Assembly: GCA_965237675.1 (NCBI GenBank) | Contig: OZ250150.1 | Location: 4,832,001 to 4,896,000, forward strand | Direction: 5' to 3' | DNA length: 64,000 nucleotides | Source: Candidatus Latescibacterota bacterium | GTDB taxonomy: Bacteria > Latescibacterota > UBA2968 > GCA-2709665 | Part shown: positions 33,051 through 43,548 of the stretch, one piece after another | Layout of the letters: every line of letters starts with the position of its first letter | Position numbering within the stretch: the first letter of the stretch is position 1 | The notes under the pieces: model-generated | Seen by the model: the letters and a program-made list of their open reading frames with translations, nothing else | Database searches by the model: none | Told to the model about the DNA's origin: nothing | Made by a program: the position numbers and the translations under genes

Positions 33051-35231
33051 CTATCCCCCCGCATCCGTTTCGTGCTGCAGATACGAATACACCTGATAAT
33101 TCCGATACACCAGCTTCACGTAATTGCGTGTTTCTCGATACGGTATGCTCTCCACGAACTCGTCCACATCATGCTCCGGGAGCCGACTCGACCACTTCCG
33201 CGCTACATCCAACCCGGCGTTATACGCGGACAACGCCAGGCCAAGCTGTCTTTCTTCGCTGCTCCTGAATGCCCTGAAGTGATCGGCCAGGTGCCGGGCC
33301 CCCAGCCGAATGGACGTCTGCGGCTCCCACAGGTCTTCCGTTGAATAGTCCCTCAGACGCAGCTTGCGCGCCATCTGCCGTCCCGTTGCCGGCATCACCT
33401 GCATCAACCCGCGGGCACCAGCCCGGGACAACGCCATTTCATCGAATGCGCTCTCCTGGCGAATGATCGCAAGGACGAGATTGGGGTCGAGGCTGAAATC
33501 CTGAGCGGTCCGGTTAATCTCGCCCCAGTAATAGGTAGGATACAATCGGCGAAATGAAGCCAGTGTCATCGGCATCCCCCGTTCACGTTCCAGATTGACG
33601 ATCAGGCCGGATAATCGAAGCGCCTGGTTCACGGCACCAATGCGCTCAAATCGTCTTTGCAGTTCACCCAGGGCGTAAATCTCCTTTCTATGCGCCCAAC
33701 CCGCGTGCCTGTATTCCTGTTCCGCTTCATCGTAAAGCCCCAGGTCCGCCAACCTGTCTCCTTTCAGCAGATAGGGAGACGGTTCATACTTCGGTTGCCG
33801 CTCGTTGGCCCCGCGCGATTTCGGCGCGGGAGGGTAGGCCCTATCCTTCAATGCCAGAATCGCCCACGCCCGGGAGGCGTAGTACGAGGTTGGAAACCCG
33901 GCTGCTGCCCGCCGAATCCAACTGGCGCCCAACTCCGTCCGTCCAGCTCGTTGAAAGGACTTGCCGGCCCAGTAGTAGCCCTGGTCCAGCATGTAGTTTT
34001 CGGACGTCTGATCCGCCAGCTTCAGAAAAACCCGTGCAGCCTCTTCGAATCGGCCCAGACCGTAGAGTGCATATCCCGCCCGCCACCTGGCGCGGTCGGC
34101 CAGATGGCTCTCGGGATATCGTGCGGCCAGATTCAGAAACCCGCCGCGCGCCTGTGTGCGCCGTCCCCTTCTCTCATAGGCCATTGCGGCCTGCCACAGC
34201 GCCTCGGCCGCCCCCGGCGTAGCAGGATTCTGGCGCGCGAACGATTGAAACTGCCCAGCCGCCTTTAAGTCGCGACCCAATCGGACAGAGCAGCGGCCCA
34301 GATGAAATAATGCCTTTGGCACCCGGTACCGGCGATGCGCCTCCTGAAACGCCCGCTCCGCCGCCCGGTAGTCCTTTCGATTGTAGTAGGCCAGTCCCAG
34401 TTCCAGTTGCGCCCGACGCTGCCACGCGGCATCACCGGACTGCTTGACGATTTGACGAAACATTCGAAGCGCCTCCCTGAAACGCCCCTGTCTTGAATAG
34501 GCTGCCGCCCCATAAAACGATTCCTGTACGGTTCGCAATTGCCCCATCGAAACCAACGCGCCGACCGCCTCCGGTGACCTCGGATGATCGCGCACAAGGC
34601 GTAGTTGAGTTCGCCGCGCCTGAACGGAATCCCCTGAGACCACCAACGCGCCTGCAAGGCCCGCCAGCGCCCTGGCCTCCTGTTGGCTCCCATCCGCCAA
34701 GCGCCGGTACATCCGGGCCGCCTCATGTGCCTGTCCCGCCCGCATATGGAGTTCGGCCGCCCGAAGCGCCGCATTCTCCAGCAGCCGTCCCGATTGCCGC
34801 TTGTCCACCACCCGTGCAAAATACACCCGTGCGCTGTCCGCACGGCCAAGCCCCTCGTGACATTCCGCTTGCCAGAAATCGACATAATCACGAATTCGCG
34901 AAAACGCCTTCCCGACTGCGCGGAACCCTGTCAATGCATCCTCGAAGCGCCCGAGCCCCTTCAAACACAACGCCCGCTGAAGTCGCGCCCTGCGAATCGC
35001 CCAATCGTCCAGTCCGGCAAGGTCCACTTCGGACAATATTCGCAATGCGTTCCGGTACGCGGCACGGGCGATCATGCCTTCGGCCTGCGCCAGCGGATCG
35101 AGGGGCAGGACCCTTGCCAGGCGCCCCGGGATCGCCAGGACAGCCGCCGTCACGAGCGCCAGGGTGATTCCGGCCAGCCAGACCTCCCCCAGCCTGACCC
35201 CCGACAGGGCGTTTTCGGAATCGGACTTCAT
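33051..35231 (-). CDS. TPR-containing soluble lytic murein transglycosylase
   Basis: IIRQESAF, GARGLMQVMP, AYNAG, IPYRETRNYV; N-terminal TM and TPRs. Confidence 0.9.
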   Translation of the reverse strand: MKSDSENALSGVRLGEVWLAGITLALVTAAVLAIPGRLARVLPLDPLAQAEGMIARAAYRNALRILSEVDLAGLDDWAIRRARLQRALCLKGLGRFEDALTGFRAVGKAFSRIRDYVDFWQAECHEGLGRADSARVYFARVVDKRQSGRLLENAALRAAELHMRAGQAHEAARMYRRLADGSQQEARALAGLAGALVVSGDSVQARRTQLRLVRDHPRSPEAVGALVSMGQLRTVQESFYGAAAYSRQGRFREALRMFRQIVKQSGDAAWQRRAQLELGLAYYNRKDYRAAERAFQEAHRRYRVPKALFHLGRCSVRLGRDLKAAGQFQSFARQNPATPGAAEALWQAAMAYERRGRRTQARGGFLNLAARYPESHLADRARWRAGYALYGLGRFEEAARVFLKLADQTSENYMLDQGYYWAGKSFQRAGRTELGASWIRRAAAGFPTSYYASRAWAILALKDRAYPPAPKSRGANERQPKYEPSPYLLKGDRLADLGLYDEAEQEYRHAGWAHRKEIYALGELQRRFERIGAVNQALRLSGLIVNLERERGMPMTLASFRRLYPTYYWGEINRTAQDFSLDPNLVLAIIRQESAFDEMALSRAGARGLMQVMPATGRQMARKLRLRDYSTEDLWEPQTSIRLGARHLADHFRAFRSSEERQLGLALSAYNAGLDVARKWSSRLPEHDVDEFVESIPYRETRNYVKLVYRNYQVYSYLQHETDAGG

Positions 35232-35495
35232 GGTTGGTGGACAATCGGCGTCATCTGAAGTGTGGGCGAAGTTATCGGTGTGTCGGGTGCAAGAGTCAAG
35301 AACCGGAGCAACCGGGATCAGACCCGCCATGACACATACCCGGCACCCGGACCCGCTTCCAAAAATCGGACTTCGGCAAGTTCGCTGAAGCCCGGCAAGA
35401 GTAGGTAGAAATACCAATATCGTGGAGATCCGAAACGCGGCTTCTCTGCCGTCACGGCCCCAAAAGAACCGGCCCGCTCCAACGCACGACCTTCG

Positions 35496-36968
35496 CTATC
35501 GGAAAAACGGCTTCAAATCCTCAGCGACGGCCAGAACGCCAAAGCAGGTAAACACGAGGCCGCAAAGAATATTGAGCGCGACGAGGAAAGAACTCATCCG
35601 GAACGGTTTGGGGAGGTATTTCCGATCGATCCATACCATGGCGAAGCACCAGGGCCCGGCCAACAACACCCCCGTAATATGGAGTGGAATCGTCATCATT
35701 GAAATCGGGTTCCATCCCACACCCCTCGGATCGCGGGTTGCCGTCCACCAGGCGTAGATGACGAATCCGATCGCCCCGATGCCGGAATAGAGAAGCGTCC
35801 ACAGCCGCATTTTATCCAGGGTCAGATTCCGCCATTTCACCGCCATGGACCGGACGCATTCGTGCGCCGTTCGCACGTAGAGTTCAAATGCGCCGTAGAC
35901 CGTGCCGAATATTGCGAAGAATACACCGGCCTTGTAAAGCGCCGACAACAGTATTTGCGCGGTCCTTCCGGGATGCAGTCGCGTGAGAAAGACCACCTGT
36001 TTGTTGTAGAGATCCATTCCCGTAGGGACGATCCGATTCGTATGTAGAAGCGTTGCCCCGAGGATGAGAAACGTCGCGGTGAACACGAGCACACTGCCGA
36101 ACGACACCGTACAATCGATAAGGGGTGCCTTCAGCCACCTCAGCCCCAGTTGGACATTCTTCTCATCCACGGCCAGCGGCGGCTTCCGGCTACCGCCCGT
36201 CACCCTTCCGATCAGCCCCCAGGCCTTCTCTCTCATCATGCCCACGTAACCCACGTAGTCCTGCACACCACCACCCATAACGCCCATATACGCGACCATC
36301 TCCACGATCAGCGTACGATCGGCGAATGCCGGGTTCGCCTTGACCCATTGCGGGTAATCCGGCAGTGCAGGCGTAACCGCGCCGGCGAGTACAGCAAGCC
36401 AGTCCGGATTCACCGCAAACGTCGCGACAAGCATCACCACCAGCATCGAGCCAACCAGCGCCAACTGCATCCGTTCCAAAAACCCGTAACTCTGCATCAG
36501 GGTCAGCGCGGCAAGCAGCACGATGAACACAATCGCTATCGCATGCGGGTACAACCCCGGGTTTCCGAACACCACCCAGGACGTGATCGTGCCGAGCATA
36601 ATTGGCAGACTCGAAAGATAGAACGGAAATGCCACGATAACCACCACCCCGATGACGCCCGGAAACAGCCCGCGCGGACCGGGTAGAGTCGCCCACCGTT
36701 CCATCGGATGTTCGCCCGTCAGCGTCATGTACCGCGCCGCGGTATAGACCTGCAGCCCCTTCGTGAGACAGAATAGACTGAACGCCCAGAACATCGCATA
36801 GCCAAAGATCGCTCCGCTGCGCGACGCCCACACCGTTTCCCCGCTTCCAATGGTCACCGACGCGATGACGGCGCCGGGTCCGAAGAACTTCAGGAAGTCC
36901 ATCGCTTTTCGGGAGCGCAACGCCGGTGCCAATTCGGGAAAACGCTGCTGCTCTTCCTCAGAATTCAC
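35496..36968 (-). CDS. Nramp-like membrane transporter
   Basis: FGPGAVIASVTIGSGE N-terminal motif; many TM helices. Confidence 0.75.
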   Translation of the reverse strand: MNSEEEQQRFPELAPALRSRKAMDFLKFFGPGAVIASVTIGSGETVWASRSGAIFGYAMFWAFSLFCLTKGLQVYTAARYMTLTGEHPMERWATLPGPRGLFPGVIGVVVIVAFPFYLSSLPIMLGTITSWVVFGNPGLYPHAIAIVFIVLLAALTLMQSYGFLERMQLALVGSMLVVMLVATFAVNPDWLAVLAGAVTPALPDYPQWVKANPAFADRTLIVEMVAYMGVMGGGVQDYVGYVGMMREKAWGLIGRVTGGSRKPPLAVDEKNVQLGLRWLKAPLIDCTVSFGSVLVFTATFLILGATLLHTNRIVPTGMDLYNKQVVFLTRLHPGRTAQILLSALYKAGVFFAIFGTVYGAFELYVRTAHECVRSMAVKWRNLTLDKMRLWTLLYSGIGAIGFVIYAWWTATRDPRGVGWNPISMMTIPLHITGVLLAGPWCFAMVWIDRKYLPKPFRMSSFLVALNILCGLVFTCFGVLAVAEDLKPFFR

Positions 36969-37065
36969 AATAGCCCCCTGCAGGTCTGTGCTCTCACGAG
37001 CAAAAAAGGACTCAGCTTCTATTCCCGGCGCGAACGCCGGAGTCCGTCGTCGATTCGTGAGTGGA

Positions 37066-38031
37066 TTACCTGATTGCGAATGGATTTCCCGGCGATCCGG
37101 TGGCGCCCTTCAGCCGCAGCGGCGCAAAGACGAACGCGAACTCAAACACGCCGTCTGCCGCCAGTCCGTCCAGGTCGAGATTCTCTATAATATGTACGCC
37201 GTTACGCTGGATCAGCAACTCGTGGACCTCGAACGCCCTGTCCGGATCTTCTCCCGGCACGGCCTCGACCGCCCACGTATCGGCGCCGACCATAACGATT
37301 TTCCTTTTCAGCAGCCACCGCGCGGCTTCCAGCCCGATGCCCGGCTGACCCGAGTTGTAGGTCTCGTTGTCCACTTTCCATAAACTTCCATGGCCGGTAC
37401 GGAACAGTACGACGTCCCCTTCCGTGACCTCGACACCCTGTTTTTTCAAGGCCCCCTCGATGTCGGCCGCGGTAATCACATACCCCACCTCCAACCGCGC
37501 CAGCCCCTTGTGGCCCGCCACGTCGACCAGAACGCCTCGGGTGAAAAACACCCCCACGTTTTCAACGCCCAGTTTCTCCAGTCCGTAGGCCGTGCCAACC
37601 TCCGAACGCGTAAATCCATTGTAAAAGATGTCCACATCGCCGTTACGCGTACCGATGTGCCCCAATCCATCGAATTGGGTTCCCACCTGTCCGATCTCGC
37701 CGCTGAACATTTCGTCGTACCAGATCAGCTGGTTCTCTCCGACGGGCCCTCCGGTTGGCGAACCGGGAATGGTCAGACTGTAATGCCGGTTGCCGAAGAG
37801 CGGGATTCCCGGCTCGTAAACCCGTCCAAGCTGGTAGGTCTTGCCCGCTTTGATCAATCCCGCCGCACGCAGCACATTCTGCGGCGTCAGCCGGTTCATC
37901 GCGCCTCTCTGATCTCCCGCCCCCCACTCGGATGGCCACCATTTATCGCCGCCGCCCCCCTCTTGCGCAAGGGCCGGAGTCATCACGATCAGGCCTCCGA
38001 CAAACATCGCACATAGATATCTATTTTGCAT
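37066..38031 (-). CDS. Secreted cyclase-family metallohydrolase (kynurenine formamidase-like)
   Basis: Signal peptide; GTQFDGLGH, RGVLVD, LFRTG, GATGSPGNP. Confidence 0.85.
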   Translation of the reverse strand: MQNRYLCAMFVGGLIVMTPALAQEGGGGDKWWPSEWGAGDQRGAMNRLTPQNVLRAAGLIKAGKTYQLGRVYEPGIPLFGNRHYSLTIPGSPTGGPVGENQLIWYDEMFSGEIGQVGTQFDGLGHIGTRNGDVDIFYNGFTRSEVGTAYGLEKLGVENVGVFFTRGVLVDVAGHKGLARLEVGYVITAADIEGALKKQGVEVTEGDVVLFRTGHGSLWKVDNETYNSGQPGIGLEAARWLLKRKIVMVGADTWAVEAVPGEDPDRAFEVHELLIQRNGVHIIENLDLDGLAADGVFEFAFVFAPLRLKGATGSPGNPFAIR

Positions 38032-38254
38032 TCCGGCCTCCTCTCAGGCGTAGGGTTGACACGGCATGGGCACGTACCGGGATTATGATAATGCCCCGAG
38101 TGATCAAAGGCAAGCGCGGATTGCCTGTATATGCCCAACGAACAGAAGGGTATTGCGCCCGGACCATGCGCATGCTATTTTAGAAACTGTCTTTGACGCC
38201 GACCGGTAAGCGTGGCGCCGCTACTGCACTCCGAGTCTTTTCCGAGGCCCGCCA

Positions 38255-39274
38255 TTGAAGACCAAAACGCTAGGCAGGACCGGCCTGGAGATCCCCATTG
38301 TGGGTCTGGGTACCGGCTTTATCGGCATCGCGGATCCTAACCGCGCGGCAGCGGAATACGACTTCATGGACGCGTCGACCTGGGGACGGCCGGGACCTTC
38401 CGCCGAAGGCGCCGGGCGGACCAGCCATATGGATATCGAACTGGGAATGGCAACGGTGCACGCGGCCATCGAAGCGGGCTCTACGCTGATCGATACCGCC
38501 CCGCTGTACGGTTCGGGCAACAGCGAATCCATCATCGGCCGGGCCCTCGGGCAACGTTCCGACCTTGCGAAACGGTGCATCGTCACCACAAAAGTCGGGC
38601 AGACGGCCGACGGACGGGACTATTCCTACGACGCCGTTATGCGGCAGGTCGAGGAGAGCCAGGACCGGCTGGGCGTCGACGCCTTCGAAGTTCTCTACAT
38701 CCACGACGCCATGGACATACCCGTCGAAGACGTTATGGGAAAGAACCGCGCCCTCGGCGCCCTTCGAAAACTCCAGGATACGGGCGTCACACGTTGTGTC
38801 GGCACCGCCGCCAACGACCCCCACACCAACGCCTGGTACATCGAAACGGGGGAATTCGATGCCGCCGTCGTTCCGGAGGCGCTCAGCCTGATCAACCAGC
38901 TTGCCGCCGACCGCATCCTGCCAGCGGCGGTCAGACACGACGTGGGCCTCGTGATCGCCACACCCGTAGAACGGGGGCTGCTCGCCACCGGTCCCGTGGC
39001 TGGCATCGACTACCTGGCCCGAAACTTCAGCCAGACCTGCCTGGACCACGTCGCCACAATACAGGCCGTTTGCGCGAGCTACGGCGTCCCGATGGTTGCG
39101 GCCGCCCTTCAATGGTGCACCCGCCATCCACAGGTAGCCGCTACCATTCCCGGGGCCCGGATTCCCGCTGAAGCCCGAGCCAACGCCAACGCCGGCGCCA
39201 CCGATATACCTGAGGCATTCTGGGAAGAACTCGCCCCGCTCATCCGCCACTTTGAAGTCGACGTGGACCGGTAG
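38255..39274 (+). CDS. Aldo/keto reductase
   Basis: LGRTGL, IDTAPLYG, TTKVG, LYIHD, IPGAR. Confidence 0.9.
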   Translation: MKTKTLGRTGLEIPIVGLGTGFIGIADPNRAAAEYDFMDASTWGRPGPSAEGAGRTSHMDIELGMATVHAAIEAGSTLIDTAPLYGSGNSESIIGRALGQRSDLAKRCIVTTKVGQTADGRDYSYDAVMRQVEESQDRLGVDAFEVLYIHDAMDIPVEDVMGKNRALGALRKLQDTGVTRCVGTAANDPHTNAWYIETGEFDAAVVPEALSLINQLAADRILPAAVRHDVGLVIATPVERGLLATGPVAGIDYLARNFSQTCLDHVATIQAVCASYGVPMVAAALQWCTRHPQVAATIPGARIPAEARANANAGATDIPEAFWEELAPLIRHFEVDVDR

Positions 39275-39327
39275 GACCGAATCGCGCCGGCGCCGCACGC
39301 AATTGAAGTATCAGGGCTCTCCATCTT

Positions 39328-40218
39328 ATGTCTCTAAAACTGACCCTCCTGGGCACCGGAACCCCCACCCCTCTTTTCCACCGCGCAGGTTCCGGCTACC
39401 TCGTCACCTTCGACGAGGAAGTCCTGCTGTTCGACTGCGGCCCGGGTGTCGCACGACGCCTCCTCGAAGAGGCGGTCCCGCCACAGGCGTTGACGCGCCT
39501 CTTCCTTACCCACCTCCACTACGATCACTGCGTGGACTACGCGTGTATCGTACTCACCCGCTGGGACCAGGGTGCGGGAAAGATCCCAGAGCTTGAGGTA
39601 TACGGTCCGGCTCCGTTGAAACGCATGACCGAAAGGCTCTTGGGCTCTGACGGCGCCTTCGGGCCGGACCTCGACGCGAGAACACAGCACCCCGGCAGCG
39701 AGTTCGTCTACGAACGGCGGGGCGGAATTCTGCCCCGGAAACGCCCCGACCCCCTCGTCACCGAAGTTGCAGACGGCTCATGCATTCCGGGTGGAAACTG
39801 GCGAGTCGAAACCGCCGAAGTCATCCATGTTCAACCGCAGCTCACTTGCCTGGCCTACCGGCTGGACACACCCTACGGGACCATCGTCTTCGGAGGAGAC
39901 ACGGCGCCGACCCGCCGCCTGACGGACCTGGCGCGGAATGCGGACATCCTGATCCACATGTGCCACTTCATCAACGATGTGGAACTCGACCCGCGCATTA
40001 CAGGCTGCTGCTCCGGACACCTGGACGCCGCCCGGACCGCCAGAGAAGCAGACGTCGGCACCCTGATCCTGACCCACGTTACCGAACAATTGGAACCGCC
40101 CGGCGTCCGCGAGCGCCTCGTGGCCGAAGCCGCGCGCATATTCGGCGGCCACATCGTCTTCGCGGAGGACCTCACGGATGTGCCCGTGGGTCCCATCGAT
40201 CCGGAGCCCATTCAGTAG
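39328..40218 (+). CDS. MBL-fold hydrolase, RNase Z/arylsulfatase-like
   Basis: LLGTGTP, FDCGPG, THLHYDH, GDT, LTH. Confidence 0.85.
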   Translation: MSLKLTLLGTGTPTPLFHRAGSGYLVTFDEEVLLFDCGPGVARRLLEEAVPPQALTRLFLTHLHYDHCVDYACIVLTRWDQGAGKIPELEVYGPAPLKRMTERLLGSDGAFGPDLDARTQHPGSEFVYERRGGILPRKRPDPLVTEVADGSCIPGGNWRVETAEVIHVQPQLTCLAYRLDTPYGTIVFGGDTAPTRRLTDLARNADILIHMCHFINDVELDPRITGCCSGHLDAARTAREADVGTLILTHVTEQLEPPGVRERLVAEAARIFGGHIVFAEDLTDVPVGPIDPEPIQ

Positions 40219-40299
40219 CCGGTGTCGGGCGCGCGGCGTCCGCCCCGCTTCGCGAATTCCCGCTTTCAGACTCACGATTTACACTCCAGGAGTTTCCAG

Positions 40300-41664
40300 G
40301 TGAAAGCCATTATCCTGGCCGCCGGGAAAGGCGACCGATTCTACCCCTTCAACCACTACCGGCCCAAACCCATGTTTCCCGTATGCAACCGGCCCCTTCT
40401 GGAGTGGATCGTGGATCGCATCGTTGCCGTGGGCATCACAGACGTCGGCATCGTCGTCGGCCATCGACAGGGTCGGATACGAAACCACTTTTCCGACGGC
40501 CGCCGGTTTGGATGCAGAATTACTTATATTGAACAGTCGGAGCAACTCGGCACGGCCCACGCCGTCTGCGCCGCAGACGCCTTTATCGGCAACGACGACT
40601 TTCTGGTCATATACGGCGACCTCTTCTTCGAAACGATAGTCCTTTCACAACTCCTGGGTGCATTCTCCGACCGCTCCGTTGCCGCGGTACACCATAGCGA
40701 GCAGCTCAACCGGCGCATTCGCGTGGAAACCGATGGCCGCGAAAACATCGTCAACTACACGTGGAAGCCCCGGTCATCCACGGGCACGGCGCTGTCAGGC
40801 CTTTTCATATTCAGGAACGACGCGCTTCAGGACCTGGCCAGTACGTCCGATTTTGTAACGAATGTACAAAACGGTGTCACACCGCCCGAGGGCCACGAAA
40901 TCGCCGATGCCCTGCCGCTCATGTTCCGGGAAGGCCGGCCCGCCGCCGCCGTCCGCACGGACGGCGCCTGTTTCGACATGGACATGCCCTGGGAACCCCT
41001 GGCTGGCTGTCGTCTGGCCTTGCGTGAAATGGCCGGTGGCCTGCAGGACTCTCAGATAGCCGACACCGCGCGGGTCGATCCCAACGCGCATATCGACGGT
41101 CCGGTGTTTGTCGACGATGGCGCGACAATCTCAGCCGGAGCCCGTATCAGCGGACCGGTCTGGATCGGCAGAAACACGCATGTTTTCGAAGGCTCCCAGA
41201 TCGCGTCGGGCACTGTCATCGGAGACGAGTGCCGGATTGGGCCCTTCGCGAAGGTCTCCGGTTTCGTCGACCGCGACAACCACATCACCTTTCTCGGAGA
41301 ATTCAGTGGCGTCATTCTGGCGGGTGGCCGGATCACACACCAGATGCAAATTGCCGGTATCTACGGGGAAGGTGCGGAATTCGGCGCCGGCACCCAGGTG
41401 GGCACGCTCCGATTCGACGATGGACCCACGCAGGTGGAAGTGAAGGGTATCCGTCATCCGGCGCCCGGTTTCTCCGGCGCCCTCTTCGGCGACTACGCGC
41501 GCACCGGTGTGGGAACCATCCTCATGCCCGGCCGTATTGTCGGCCCTGGCGCCATGGTCGGTCCCGGCGTCGTTCTGATGAACAACGCGCCAGCTCACAA
41601 GGCCGTGATCCTGAAGCAGGAGCATCAGGAAATCGACTGGGGGCCGGAAATCTACGATCGTTAA
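40300..41664 (+). CDS. Sugar-1-phosphate nucleotidyltransferase with left-handed beta-helix (GlmU-like)
   Basis: ILAAGKGDR..PKP, QLGTAHA, YGD; hexapeptide repeats; FGAGT. Confidence 0.8.
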   Translation: MKAIILAAGKGDRFYPFNHYRPKPMFPVCNRPLLEWIVDRIVAVGITDVGIVVGHRQGRIRNHFSDGRRFGCRITYIEQSEQLGTAHAVCAADAFIGNDDFLVIYGDLFFETIVLSQLLGAFSDRSVAAVHHSEQLNRRIRVETDGRENIVNYTWKPRSSTGTALSGLFIFRNDALQDLASTSDFVTNVQNGVTPPEGHEIADALPLMFREGRPAAAVRTDGACFDMDMPWEPLAGCRLALREMAGGLQDSQIADTARVDPNAHIDGPVFVDDGATISAGARISGPVWIGRNTHVFEGSQIASGTVIGDECRIGPFAKVSGFVDRDNHITFLGEFSGVILAGGRITHQMQIAGIYGEGAEFGAGTQVGTLRFDDGPTQVEVKGIRHPAPGFSGALFGDYARTGVGTILMPGRIVGPGAMVGPGVVLMNNAPAHKAVILKQEHQEIDWGPEIYDR

Positions 41665-41676
41665 AGTGGAGTGTCG

Positions 41677-43428
41677 ATGCAACGGGACCAAATCGAAACC
41701 GAGATTCGGCGGCGCGCCGATGGTTACAAGCCCCAGACCCATCTGATTGCCGACTATTACAGGATTCGGCGGAAAATCGCCTACCCCCTTCCGGTCCGCA
41801 AGATCGATCTGCCCGGACTGCCGATCCCCGGCATCGCTGCGTATCCATGGTCCATTTGGATGACCTGGAGCCTGGAAGAGCGAATCCTCAGCCTCGGTTG
41901 GGCGGGGTCCTGGTTCCGCGACGAACAGGCGCGCCGGTTGGCCGTTTCCGACCTGGACGCCCTGGCCGAATGGCCGTGCTACCGCCAGTTTCCGATGCCC
42001 GACCTGAGTTCGGGTCACGCACTGCGCATCCTGTGGCTGGCCTGCACCCGGTGGGACTGGCTGCCCCGGAGCCTGCCGGGGAAGATCGAACGGGCGTTTC
42101 ACCGCCACATTGAAGACACGCTCCCGCTGTCCGACGCCAGGCACGGCGCGTTTGAGAGCAAGGACGATATCCTCGCCCTGGACGAACCCCACACCGTGCT
42201 CCACAACATCCCGTTTATCGGCACGGTCGGCCTCGCCCTGGCCGCCAACTGCGTTTCACATCCCGCCGCTGAATCGTTGAACCGCAGGCTGGAGGCGCTC
42301 CTTGGCGCGATCCTGGACCTGCGCGAAACCGGTCATTCGGAGGGGATCGGTTACGACGGGTACACCCTGGACTTCGCCGCCGATTGGCTGGGGACACTTT
42401 CCGGGACCAGACGGACGGCCCTTATGGACCATCCGCGCTTCGGCGACGTCCTGGATGAGTCCATCGCGCTCGGAGCTCCCGGCAACATCGCAAATGTAGC
42501 CCAGTTAAGCGACGCGGAACCCCGGGAGATGCCGTTCCACGTCTCCTGCCACGCCAAACTTTACCCATACGGGCCCTCGCCCCGTATGGGCTGGTACCTG
42601 AAACGCTGCCGCCCGCCCTGGTTGCGCGCCGACGCCCTGGGTGCGCTCCACGAGGTAGCCGAAGATCTTAAATGTGAGCCGCCGGAAGCCGGAGCTATCG
42701 ATGCGCACTATGCGGTCGTGCTCAGGAGCGGATGGGAGCCGGACGACCTGGCGGCGGCCATGGCGGCAAGCAACTCGAAGATGAGCCACGTCCACAACGA
42801 CAACGGCTCCATCGTCGTCGGCGCCGGAGGCCGCTGGCCGATATCCGACCCCGGCTATCAACAGTATATGAAGAAAAGGGAACGTGAATTCACCCTGGGG
42901 CTCACGGCACACAATGCGCCGGTCATCAATGGTATGGCACAGACAGGGAAGCCGGCGGATCGCCCGATCGCCCTGCGGCAATGCGACGGAACCACGCATA
43001 TGGCCGAACTGGACCTGACCGGGTGTTATCCCGCCAGGCTGGCGTTGAAACGGGTCGTTCGAACGCTATGGCTTTCGGAAAAAAACCTGGTTGTCCTCGC
43101 CGACCGCGTGCGAGGCGCCTCCGTCGAGTCTATCACCTATCACTGGCACGGGCACCCCGACGCCGCCTGGTGGGTGGAGGACGACATGGCCCGGATCTAC
43201 GCGCCCGACCTTACCCTCTGGCTTGGCTCGCCGCAGGCCCGGATCACAGACGAAAATGTAGACCGGCTCCCCGGTTCCAGGGGCCATCTCACGCTTCGCG
43301 CGAGCGCCGATTCATCCGCGCCTTTCGTCTGGTGGATATTCGCGAAAGGCGATACCCGGCCCAACGTGACTTTGCACGAACGGGGGTGCGAGATTCGCGT
43401 GGACGGCCGCAGTTTTCAGGTTTCATGA
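41677..43428 (+). CDS. Heparinase II/III-like protein, no signal peptide
   Basis: EGIGY, LRSGW, HVHNDNGS, DPGY, AHNAP motifs. Confidence 0.7.
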   Translation: MQRDQIETEIRRRADGYKPQTHLIADYYRIRRKIAYPLPVRKIDLPGLPIPGIAAYPWSIWMTWSLEERILSLGWAGSWFRDEQARRLAVSDLDALAEWPCYRQFPMPDLSSGHALRILWLACTRWDWLPRSLPGKIERAFHRHIEDTLPLSDARHGAFESKDDILALDEPHTVLHNIPFIGTVGLALAANCVSHPAAESLNRRLEALLGAILDLRETGHSEGIGYDGYTLDFAADWLGTLSGTRRTALMDHPRFGDVLDESIALGAPGNIANVAQLSDAEPREMPFHVSCHAKLYPYGPSPRMGWYLKRCRPPWLRADALGALHEVAEDLKCEPPEAGAIDAHYAVVLRSGWEPDDLAAAMAASNSKMSHVHNDNGSIVVGAGGRWPISDPGYQQYMKKREREFTLGLTAHNAPVINGMAQTGKPADRPIALRQCDGTTHMAELDLTGCYPARLALKRVVRTLWLSEKNLVVLADRVRGASVESITYHWHGHPDAAWWVEDDMARIYAPDLTLWLGSPQARITDENVDRLPGSRGHLTLRASADSSAPFVWWIFAKGDTRPNVTLHERGCEIRVDGRSFQVS

Positions 43429-43548
43429 TCGTACGCATCGGACACAAACCTAAGCCAGCCGTCCCGCTACGGGACGCGGTTACCGGCCAGGACCGATTCC
43501 AGGATATATCCAGGCCTCCGTCAGCGCTCGAATGGAAGGAACTTTGGA